Shown here piece by piece: positions 34,312 to 44,085 of a stretch of 44,174 nt of DNA. Numbering within the stretch: the first letter of the stretch is position 1; every line of letters starts with the position of its first letter. The notes beneath the pieces were generated by a model, which was not told the origin of the DNA, did no database searches, and saw nothing but the letters and a program-made list of their open reading frames with translations. Location of the stretch: assembly GCA_943704415.1 (NCBI GenBank), contig CALSCO010000261.1, positions 1 to 44,174 on the forward strand. Direction: 5' to 3'. The stretch comes from Parvularia atlantis. Its lineage: Eukaryota. A program made the position numbers and the translations under genes.

Positions 34312-36114
34312 ATGGAGTTGGCGTGGTCGACGCTCTGGGCGCTGGCGATGCCGCTGGTGGACCCCGCGCGGTCCGCCGCGCCGTCGTTCGCCGCCACCGG
34401 CCCGCTCTCGACGCCGCCACCCGAGTGGGACTACAAGCAGCTGTGCGCGCTCATGCGCGACGTGCGGCTGCCGGCGATGGTCGTGGACCTGGACGTGCTC
34501 GACCGCAACATTCGGTGCGACGTGCTCGCCTGCGCCTCGCCGCCCTGACGCGCGCCCCGCGCCCCGCCGCAGCAAGTACGCGGCGATCGTGCGCGCACAC
34601 GGCAAGACGATCCGCCTGGCGACCAAGTCGGTGCGCGTGCCGCAGCTGGTCAAGCACATCCTCGAGCAGGGCGCGGGCGCGATCGTGGGCGTGATGTGCT
34701 TCAGCACGGCAGAGGCGCGCTTCCTGGCCGACGAGTTTGGCGTGGACGACCTGCTGGTCGGGTACCCGAGCGCCGTGCACGACCTGGACGACGCGTGGCA
34801 CCTGGCCCTCGCCGGCAAGAACGTGCAGGCGCGGCCGACCCGTACTCCCGGCCGCGCCTCGCAGACCAACACGTTTGCCCGCGCGCGCACGCGTAGCTCA
34901 TGGTCGACTGCCCCGCGCACATCGACGCGATCGAGGCATTCTGGCAGACCAGGCGCCGCGCGACGCCGCAGGCCCCGGCCGGCCTGCGCCTGCAGGTGTG
35001 CATCGACATGGACTGCTCGCTCGAGGTGCCCGCGCTTGGCCTACACGTCGGGCCGAACCGCAGCCCGCTGCGCTCGCTCGGCACCTGCGAGGCGCTCGTC
35101 GACCGCATCTTGGCGTCTGGTGCGTCGCGGGCGGGCCGCGTGCACTGCGAAGGCGTTGACGCGCGCCGACCAGACTGCGTGACCCTCGTCGGCGTCATGG
35201 GCTACGAGGCACGCACGCGACGCCGACGTTCTGCCCTGACCCTCGCATGCTCAGGCGCAGATCTCGGGCGTGCAGAACACGAACCCGTTTGACCCGTGGT
35301 ACATGCGCGAGCTGATCCCGGTGGTGCAGGTGCGGCGCGCGCCGTCGGGCTGAGCGCGCCAAGGTTAAGCGCGCTGTGGCAGGCCGTGTCGATGCCGGAC
35401 GTGGTGAGCAAGCGCGCCGCCGTCACCGCGATGATCAAGCGCAAGGGCGTCGCGCTCAAGTACTTCAACGTTGGCGGCAGCGGCAGGCGCGGCCGTTCGC
35501 GCGCACAACGGAAAAGCGTTGACCTGACGCGCATGCCGAGCAGCCTCGCCGCGTCGGCCGCCGACCCGTCCGGCACGGAGATCACGGCCGGCAGCGGCTT
35601 CCTGCAGTCGCACCTGTTCGACTACTTTGCCGTGAACCAGAACGAGTGCGCGTTCGCATTCGGTGCGCGGCGTCCGCTGGACGCACGGTGCGCTACAAAA
35701 CTCACTGGCACCGCCTCGGCAGGGCTCCGCGTCACGCGCAAGCCCGTGCCGGGCATCGTCACGTGTCAGAGCGGCGGCTTTGCGGCGAGCGGCAAGACGG
35801 TGCCGGACAAGTCGCCCGTGCCGTTCCTGCCCGTCGGTCTGTCGATCAGCGCCGAGGAGGGCTTCGGCGAGGGTGCGCCGACGGCACTGCGCACGCCGTC
35901 TGATCCGCTGAACCGCGCGTCTCGGACCGCAGTGCAGACGCCGCTGCTGCTGCCGCCGGGCGTCGCGCTCGAGATCGGTGACCCGGTCTTTGCGCGGCCG
36001 GCCAAGGCGGGTGAGATCGCCGAGCGCTTCGAGCACTACATGCTCAAGCGCGGCGGCGCGTGGGTCGACACGCGCGTGCTGACGTACCGCGGCCACGGGA
36101 AGACGTTCTTCTAG
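34312..36114 (+). CDS. PLP fold-III (alanine racemase / D-serine dehydratase-like) enzyme of bacterial type, multi-exon
   Basis: PAMVVDLDVLDRNI, IRLATKSVRV (PLP lysine), DDLLVGYP, LMVD, MGYEAQI, GGSGS, TEITAGSG, EGFGEVQTP, RPAKAGEIAERF, TYRGHGKTF. Confidence 0.88.
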
Positions 36115-36143
36115 GCGCAGGCGCGCTGAGCGAAAGGCGCTGT

Positions 36144-37236
36144 TTACAGTTGCGCGGTTGGTTGAGGCGCGGGCGTGTCGACCGACTCGGACTCGGACGG
36201 GTGCGGGCCGCCGATGTCGCGCGAGCGCACGGTGTACATGTCGCGGACGTCGTTGTCGTCTGCATGGTCGCGGTCGACTGCGCGAGCGCCCGTTGAGTCA
36301 GAGCGCGACGCGGGCGTGCACAGCACGCTGCGCGCACCGCGCACGACCGCCTGCGTCTCCGGGTTGGTCGATAGCGCAACGGCCTCGGTGATCTGCCGCG
36401 GCGCGTGTGAGCATCTTGCGACGGATCGACCGCGGCACGGCACGCACCGGCTCCTCGACCGCCTGCGCGCGGCGCTGTGGCCCTGCCGCGCTGTTGCCGC
36501 GGTTGTCTGGGCGCGCGATGTCAGCGTCAGCGGCTCGCGGTAGAGCGGGCGCGCACCGCCGAGCATCCTGGTCATGAGGTTGTCGATGTGCATCGCCGTG
36601 TGGTCCCACGTGTTTGGGAAGTTGAGGCGCAGCGCGACGAGCACGGCCACCGGCGTGAGGGCGCGGCGCGCGACAAAGTTGGTGGCTGGCGGGGACGGCG
36701 GTCAGCGCCCGCAACACCGGCAGGCGGCGGCCGCACCGCGCTGCGCAGCCAGGTCGGCGCCCCACTTGGTGCCGAGCACAAACAGCGCGCCCGGCAGGAA
36801 CGTGTCGCCAAAGAGCACGTTGCGGCGGCCGTCGAGGATCTCGAGCGCGGTCTCCGCGGCCGCGCCAAGGCCCTTCTCGAGCACGTCGAGCTGCTGCCGT
36901 GCGTACTGCACCTGGCCCTACGTGTGCGCACGTTTGACTCGTGTCTGCACGAGACGCCCGGCGAACCTTGACAACGCCGTAGACCACGGCCACGCCGCGC
37001 GCGGCCAGCTCGAGCCGCTCGGGCATCTCGCGCGGCGCCGCGGCGGGCAGCAGCGTCGTGGGCGGGGACGCGGGCGGGTCGTAGATGGCCTTGCGGCGGC
37101 GCAGGTCGTCCTGCACGGCGTGCGCGGGCGGCGGCACGGGCGGCGGCGGGCGCGACGCGTCCCGGGCCCAGAGCAGGACGCCGACGCCGACCGCGACGAC
37201 CGTGGACACGCGCCGGTAGGTAGCGCTGACGGGCAT
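36144..37236 (-). CDS. MICOS subunit MIC26/MIC27 (ApoO family), multi-exon
   Basis: RKAIYD, PERLE, hydrophobic hairpin FLPGALFVLGTKWGADLAAQR..FVARRALTPVAVLVALRLNFPNT, late DMYTVRS motif. Confidence 0.65.
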
Positions 37237-37260
37237 CTTCCCAATGTGCCCGCGCTAAGC

Positions 37261-37500
37261 ATGTCCAAGTCTGCGATCGTGCGCGAGGTGCTGGATGCGC
37301 AGGACGTCGTGCACGGTGCGCGGCGCGGCGCGGTGCGTGCGTGTGCTGTGTGTGTGCCTGACACGCATCGCCGGCGCGCAGCGCTGACCGAGCGTCTGCG
37401 CACGGTGCAGGAGGAGAACACGCAGCTGAGGCGGCAGGTGGCCGCGACGGCTTCAACCGCGACTGTGCCGACGGCGTCGCCCGCGCGCCCGGCGACGTGA
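37261..37500 (+). CDS. Short coiled-coil microprotein (SCOC/Slo1/UNC-69-like), 57 aa, one intron 37316-37381
   Basis: Spliced MSKSAIVREVLDAQDVVHALTERLRTVQEENTQLRRQ resembles the SCOC core. Intron has GTGCG..CTGAC..CAG signals. Confidence 0.6.
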   Translation: MSKSAIVREVLDAQDVVHGARRGAVRACAVCVPDTHRRRAALTERLRTVQEENTQLRRQVAATASTATVPTASPARPAT

Positions 37501-37522
37501 CTCGGCCCGTCGCCCATGTGTG

Positions 37523-38814
37523 TCATGCTGTGCCATCGTGTACAGGTGCAGCGCGCGAGTCGCGCGGCACGATGTCGAACCGCTCGCGAAACAGGTCGAG
37601 CACGCCCGCGAGGCTCGCCTGCGCACCCAGCGCCCGGCGGTCTGCGCCCGGGGCTCAGCGCGCCGCGAGCCGAGCGCACGAGGCCGCCGCACGCACCGGC
37701 GATGCCGAGCACGTTGTCGCACATCTTGCTCAGGTGGTGCATGAGCGTCTTGTGCGGCATGCTGTACCCGAGCGCGATGTCGAGAAAGTCGGCGATGCAC
37801 TCGGCCGGCGTCTGGCATGCACGTGCGTGCGTGCGCGCGTGCATGCGTGAACAGGGCATAGGCAGCCAGCCAACCGTGCGCGACGTGCCTGCGCGTGCCC
37901 GGCGAAGAGCGCCGGGTTCTCGAGCAGCCCGCGTGCCGCCATCACGCCTGCACCGCGCAGTCATCACTCGCGCGGTGCAGCGCTCGCCGCGGTCGGCGCA
38001 CCGTTCACGCCCGTGCTCGCATGCACCGCGTGCGCGTCGGCCAGCGTGAAGATGGACCCGTTGGCCAGCACGGGCACGCCCACGCTCTGCTTGACCTGCG
38101 TGCAACAGCAGTTGAACGAGCAAGCGCATGCAAACGATCGCCCGCACCAGCTTGATCGCGTCGTAGTTGGGCGCGGTGGACGAGCGCTGCCGCGGCGTCC
38201 GCCCGTGCACCGCGATCCACGCCACGCCAACGTGCTCGGCCGTCTGCGCGAGCTGCACGGTCTTGCTGCGCGGCAGCGGACGCTCAGATTGTGCGGGCAG
38301 CCACCACGGCCGCGCCCGACGCGCGCCTCAGGTCGCTGTCGATGCGGATCTTGATGCTCACGGGCACGCCCGCGCGGTTCGTCGCCTGGCGCACCATGTC
38401 GCGCACGAGGTCGGGCTTGGTGAGCAGGTCGGCGCCGTAGCCGCCGTGCATCGCCCACGACTGTGGACAGCCGCAGTTGAGGTCGACGGCGTCGGCGAAG
38501 GGCGCGGCCAGCTCAGCGGCCGCTGCAAAGTCCTCGGCGCGGCGAGCGCCAAACTGCACCACAAGCGGGCGGTCCTCGCTGTTGGTCGTGAACTCGCTGT
38601 CGCGCGCGCGCGCTGAGGCGACGAACGAGTCGGCGATGATCATCGGCGAGTACACGAGGTCGCAGCCGTAGCGCCGCACGAGCTGGCGAAACGGCAGCCT
38701 GGATCGATGAGCGCGTGTGAATGGTGCGATGCGTGGTGGCACGCGCACGCACTTGGAGTACCGCACCATCGGGGCGGCGACGCACACGAGGTCGCGCGCC
38801 CACACCGCATCCAT
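37523..38814 (-). CDS. DUS4: tRNA-dihydrouridine(20a/20b) synthase, multi-exon
   Basis: AAPMVRYSKLPFRQLVRRYGCDLVYSPMIIADSF, DSEFTT..DRPLVVQF, DLNCGCPQ, VSIKIRI, AVHGRT, ANGSIFT, MAARGLLENPALFAG. Confidence 0.93.
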
Positions 38815-38919
38815 GCACGAGCGTGAGGCGACTGCCGTGCTCGGCGACCGTTGGCAAGACAAAAAGGCCAATGTGCGGCGGTGCAACACGGCATACGTAC
38901 GAGCGCAGTTCGCAGTCAC

Positions 38920-39374
38920 ATGTCAGGGCCGCTGGGTATACTGCGCGGCGTGCTGCGCGGCGCGAGCCGGCGCCCGCTCAACGCCAAGACGGGCCCGCAG
39001 GGCTACGTCAAGGGTGCGCGCGCGCGCGCGCGCGGGAGGCGCACAGAGCGGCGCGTGCTGAGCGTGCGCAGGTCAGGGCGTGCGGCCGACGGGCCGGCAC
39101 ACGAGCCGCGGCGGGTACGTCGTCGACCCAGCCAAGGTCCTCGACTTTGTCGTGCCGGACCTGACGGGCTTCCAGGTGGCCGCCGTGGCCGCCTGTCTGC
39201 CGCTGTTGCTGTGACTGACGCGTGCGCGCGCGACAGCTCAAGCCGTACGTCGCGCACTCGTCGCCCAAGCGCCGCATCAAGCCCGTCACGGCCGAGGACT
39301 TTCTGCGCGCTGCCGGGGTGCTGCCGGCGTCGGGCGCGGGCACGACAGGCGCACCGGGGAGCAGAGCCGCATGA
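38920..39374 (+). CDS. MRPL41: Mitochondrial ribosomal protein mL41 (yeast MrpL27), 2 introns
   Basis: RRPLNAKTGPQGYVKGQGVRPTGRHTSRGGYVVDPAKVLDFVVPDLTGFQLKPYV. Confidence 0.9.
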
Positions 39375-39399
39375 GCATGTGAACATCGGGGCGCAGACG

Positions 39400-40786
39400 T
39401 CACAGCCGCGACGCAGAGGCGCCCTGTGAGGGCGCATGGGAGAGCAGGTGCGACACGAGCACATCGTAGAAGTCTGCGCCGGCGTCCTGCTGGATCTTGG
39501 CCGAGTAGTTGGTCTGCACACCGCGGGTCAGCACGAGCGCCATCACCGCAGAGGCGCGCTCACCGAGACGTTGACGTCGTACGTGAACCGGTTGCCTGCG
39601 TCCGGCGTGAGAAGCGCGCCTCACGCCTCGCGACCCGCACGCGCACGCGCACCCTGCGCGTCCTCGATGAACTCGAAGCCCGCGACCGACACGCCATTGT
39701 CGCGCATGAACTCGGCGTAGCGTCGCACGATCTCGTCACCTGGTGCGACGTCGCGGCGGAGCGTGAAGCGCTGCTGCAGCTTGTCGGCCGGCGTGGGCTG
39801 CTCGCAGGCGTCGGCGGGGCAGCTGCACCACAATGCGCGTGAGTGCACGCCAGCGCACGCCAGCGCAATGCAGCGTGCGGCGCACAGCTCGAAGCCGCCC
39901 TCGGTCGAAGTATACATGGCGTCTGGCGGAGGCGCAGGCGTTCAGCACGGCGCACGGCAGGCTGCCCGGCACGCACACAGCATGCGGCCGCCGACCATCT
40001 CCACGCGCGTGATGCGCGGTAGTGGCGACGCGATGTACTGCTGCACAATCGTCATGCCGTCGATCGACAGCAGCTGCGACAGGTCCGCGCGTCGCAGCAG
40101 CGCGTTGAGCTCGTCCTGGTTGCGCACGAGCACAACGCCGAGCCCTGTCGCGCCGGCATCAGCACGACAGCCGCACAGTGAGCGGCGCCCTCGCCTTTGC
40201 CGCCGCAGTTGGGCTTGACGATGAGCGGGAAGGCCATGCGGCGCGCAGCGGCGGCGATCTCGGGCGCGCCGCCGAGGACGACGCGGTAGTCGGGCACGCG
40301 TACACCGGCCGCCTGCAGCGCCATGTACTGCAGCGCCTTGCTGATCTCGAGCTCGAAGGCCGCGAGGCCGTTCTGCGCGGCAGCAGAGGTGAGCGAAGGA
40401 CAGGACGCAACGTCCTTACGCACGACAACGGTGGCACCGTGCCGCGCGAGCCACTGCAGCACGACGCGGTAGCACGCGATCGACAGTGCGTGCCCGCGCG
40501 ACGCCGCGCTGGCTGAGCAGCGGCTGAAGAAGACAGCGTCGGCGGGCGGCGGGAGCGTGAGATCGAGGTCGCCCGTGTGCATGAACTGCGCTCCTATCAG
40601 CAGCGACGCGACGACCGGCATCGAGCGGCATCCACGCACCACCGTCTCGTGCGGCACGCCGCGCTCGCGCAGCTTGCCCACGAGCGGCGGCAGCCACTCC
40701 TGCATGCGTGCGCGGGCGCGTCAAAGAGAGCTCGCACACCGGGACATCGCGCGTACCTCGTTCTCGTACAGCACCACAACCTTCAT
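39400..40786 (-). CDS. RimK-like ATP-grasp ligase of bacterial type, multi-exon
   Basis: VLYENEEWLPPL, FFSRCSASAASRGH, VNGLAAFELEISKALQY, FPLIVKPNCGGKGLGV, IVQQYI, ITRVEMVGG, GFELCPADAC, AGFEFIED, YDVN..TNY. Confidence 0.85.
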
Positions 40787-40798
40787 TTCCTATCGTAA

Positions 40799-41227
40799 AT
40801 GTACAGAACCGTCGTGCTCGTCCTGATCACCGTCGCGGCGGCCGTTCTGGCCTCGGCGGCCTCGGCAGGCGACGAGCGCTTCGTGCAGGCGCCGACGCGG
40901 CGTGAGACGTTCGCTGCGGACGACGGCACGTGCGGCGCGCTGCCGGTGCAGGTCGACGTCGACAACTGGTGCGAAGCGCACTTCCCCGCTCCACGGCGCG
41001 CTGACGTCGCCGCCGCCCAAGGTTCGGCTACTGCGCCGAGGCCGACTGCGTGAGCGTGCCGGGCCTGCAGCACCAGCGCGTCTCGTGCCCGGCCGCGCCC
41101 GTAACCTCCGTCGCCGACACGCCCCTCCCGGCCGGCGCGCCGTACGTCGTTGCGACGACGTTCTCGGCCGACGACTGCACCGGCGCCGTGGCCATCGAGG
41201 CCGTGCGGGCCGACGGGCAGGTGCGGG

Positions 41228-41265
<38 letters not shown>

Positions 41266-43829
41266 GTGCACCGATGGCCGGCTGGCGGTGCTGAGCGCGC
41301 CGTCGCAGTGCCACACCGTCGGCACGACGTACTCGTTCCGCGCCTCGTGCACGGCCGCGGGCCAGGCCGCCGTGACGGTCTGCCTCGACACGGCGTGCTC
41401 GCAGCTGTGCGCATCAAGCGATAGCAGCACGGGCGTGTGCACGGCGCGGCGCGGCCAGTCGAGCTCGGGCCGGACGACGCGCTCTGAGATGTGGACGTGC
41501 ATCAACCCGGCTGAGCCGACCGCGGCGCCGACCGGCCCGCCCGCACCCACGCCGAGCACGGCGCTCATGGTCGTGACGCGCGGCGAGGTCTGGGACGCGC
41601 AAGACATGCTTGGGAGCGGGTGCGCGTCGTCGCCGACCGCCTTCGCTGTGAGCTGGGTCCAGGGCAGCCCGTGCCGGCCCCAAGGGTGCTTCCGCATGGA
41701 CGAGAACGCGGTCGCGGTGCGCTGCGTGGCCGCAACCAACATCCAGGCCTTCGCCGCGCCGAGCGACCGCCAGTACGTCGTCGTGGACCTGTTTGACGGG
41801 GCGTTCTGCGGCGGGTCGCTGGTACGGCGCGTGGGCTACAGCACCATGCGCCAGTGTATCAACATCGTCGCGACGGCCATGAGCGCATCGTGCGACAGCA
41901 CGGGCAACATCCAGCTGCGCACGTGCGGTCGTGCCAGCAACTGCACCGCCTGCAGCACTTTCTCGACGATCTCGGGCAGCTGCCTGCGCACGGTTGGCCT
42001 GCCGCCGCTCCCGCTCGGCGACGGCGACAGCAGCAGCGCGCCAGCAATCTCGGCGCGTGTTTACTGCAGCAACCGCGCGCCGCCCGGGCCGGCCTACCCC
42101 ACCGCCCTAGTGCCGTCGCGGCCGCCGACCGGGGCGCAATACGTCTGGCGCTTCGACACATTTGCGTCGGCGTCGGGCCAGGCGTGCGACCCCACGTCGC
42201 TCGTCGAAGTCGTAGTTGAGAACGACATCCCCCAGCCGTGCACCGCCAGCGGCCCGAGCGACTGCACAGCGCAGACGCCGAGCCTCGTCAGCTGCCCCGG
42301 CGCGGCGCTCGAGACGGCCGCGGCGCTGCAGCTGCCCACGCAGTCGGCCTTTGTCGTCATCCGCACGTTTGGCACCGACGACTGCCAGGGCGCGCCGTCG
42401 CGTCTGCAGGCCGTCACGGTGCGTGAAGCCTGCGTTGGGCACTCGCACTCACTGGCGCGCGCCCCCAAGGCCGCCGGGACGTGCGTGCGGCTCGGCAACG
42501 GCCTGTACGCCAAGGCGTGGTGCGGCACGGATCTGCGCGCAACCGTGCGGCTGTGCGCGGCAGGCTGCGGTGCGGGCGGCTGCTTTTGCCGGAGGCGCTG
42601 TGGTCACGGTCGGCTCACAGACGACTGCACGCTCGTCACGGACGCGGCAGGCGCCGATACGTGCCAGTCCGACGTGCTCGCGAGCGGCTTGCTCATTGCG
42701 TACAAGGTGCGCGACATGCACACAGCAGGTTGCGGCGGCTGACCCGGGCGCCACGGCAGTTTGAGTGCACGAGGGCGTCGACGGGCAGCGACGGCGACGA
42801 CAATGACGACACGACCAGCACGAGCCGCACCGACCTCTGGCTCGGCGACGACGGTGCAGCGCGCTGCGCGGACGCGCACCCGCCGACGCTGTACAAGGTC
42901 GCGCTCGCGGTGTCGCCGCCGTGCGCGGGCCCGTCGCCGTGCGCCGCGTTCGGCAACGTGGCCAGCGCGACCGAGTGCGTGGAGCCGGCGAGCGTGCTGA
43001 GTGCCCTTGCGCCTCCTAGGTGCGTCTTGTGTGTGGCGTGCGCATGCGCGCGGTTTGGCCTGACGTCAGCCGCAGCGGCCTGCTGTACGTCGTTGTGGAC
43101 GCGTTCAGCGACGCAGACTGCGCCGAGCAGACGCGGACGCAGCGTGTCGGCTTCCTCTCGTCCGCAACCGTGTGCCTCGACAGTGCGTGCAGACACGCAC
43201 GCTGCACCGCTTAGCTCATGCGCGCGGGCGGCTCAGTCCACGCCAGCCAGCTCGTGCGCGTGTCATGCGATGCGACGCAGACCACGGCCACGATCGAGGC
43301 CTGCTCTGACGCCAGTTGCGCGAGCTGCACGCCCGTGCTCGTGGTGCGCGCGCGTATTGCGGGCCTCGGCTTGTCACCGCGCTCACACCGTGTTTGCAGG
43401 CGTCGGGTGGGTGCGTGCGGGCCGACGCGCTGCCTGTGCTCTCGGGCGGCCTCGTCAGCCTCGCGGGCGCGGCGTACCGCGTCCACTGTGGCAACCCGGC
43501 AGCCAGCTTGAGCGGGGGCGGCAGCTCGTGCGTGCTGTGCTACCGCGAAGCGTGGCGCACGCTGACCGTTGCGTGCATGCGACGCAGAACGGGCGCCGTG
43601 GTGGGCCTGGCCGTCGTCGGCGCGGTCCTCGTGCTCAGCGTCGTGGCAGGCCTCGTCTGGCGGTACCGCAAGCGGGTGCGTGCCGCGCGCTTGTGCGGAG
43701 AGGGCAGCAGCTCACACGCGGCAGATGGCCCTGCTGCGCGAGCGGCGGCGGCTACCGGCCACGTTCAGCGAGAGCGACTACGAGAACCTCATGGTCGAGG
43801 ACGAGCTCGAGGTGGACTCCCAGCTGTGA
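40799..43829 (+). CDS. Type I membrane protein with four tandem Cys-rich ectodomain repeats, multi-exon
   Basis: Signal peptide MYRTVVLVLITVAAAVLASAASA. Four repeats each containing (Y/F)VV...F....C. TM GAVVGLAVVGAVLVLSVVAGLVW-RYRKR. Short tail ending DYENL..DSQL. Confidence 0.8.
41229..41265 (+). repeat. (CTG)12 trinucleotide repeat inside an intron
   Basis: Directly visible between donor GTGCGG (41221) and acceptor CAG (41308). Confidence 0.9.
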
Positions 43830-44038
43830 ACCCGGGCGTTGGTAACCCTGGGTACTACAAAATGGATGAGAAACAACACTCATTCAACATCCACAGGAAA
43901 GGAGTCAGTACCTGTCCGTATTTCAAAAGGAGCGCACCTTTTGCTTCGTGGTATAGGCCCTAGTTCAGAGCCCGATCCGGGTCGGACACGGTGTGCAATG
44001 TGTTCCTTGCCGGTGATCTTGTGAGGGAAGGCTGCACG
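43827..44038 (+). ncRNA. Putative structured ncRNA or element, copy B of an unrecognised two-copy family
   Basis: Lower-GC island with hairpins TGGATG/CATCCA, CAGG/CCTG, CAAAAGG/CCTTTTG, CCGA/TCGG and the same ordered motifs as 10796-11055. Ends approximate. Confidence 0.55.
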
Positions 44039-44085
44039 AATAGCCGGCGCGCGATCGCTGGGCATGCCGGCGCGCCAGACAGACC

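Noticed and set aside
41229..41265. Poly-Cys, poly-Gln or poly-Ala coding tract suggested by the ORF track
   Set aside because: The CTG repeat lies inside the intron 41221-41308, so it is not coding.
43843..43849. TAACCCT as a telomerase RNA template
   Set aside because: Only 7 nt, partly in a predicted stem, and not conserved in copy A.
43984..44025. U1 snRNA (GATCAC plus ATTGCAC loop on the minus strand)
   Set aside because: No ACTTACCTG-like 5' end, and the two motifs are too close for U1 stem-loops I and II. Kept only as an alternative reading of element B.
44042..44072. Minus-strand GCCGGCATGCCCAGC..GCGCCGGCT resembling the HDV ribozyme 5' half
   Set aside because: No UCC-type L3, no P1.1 GG, and no catalytic C/J4-2 or P2 3' strand. 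Likely a GC-rich coincidence.
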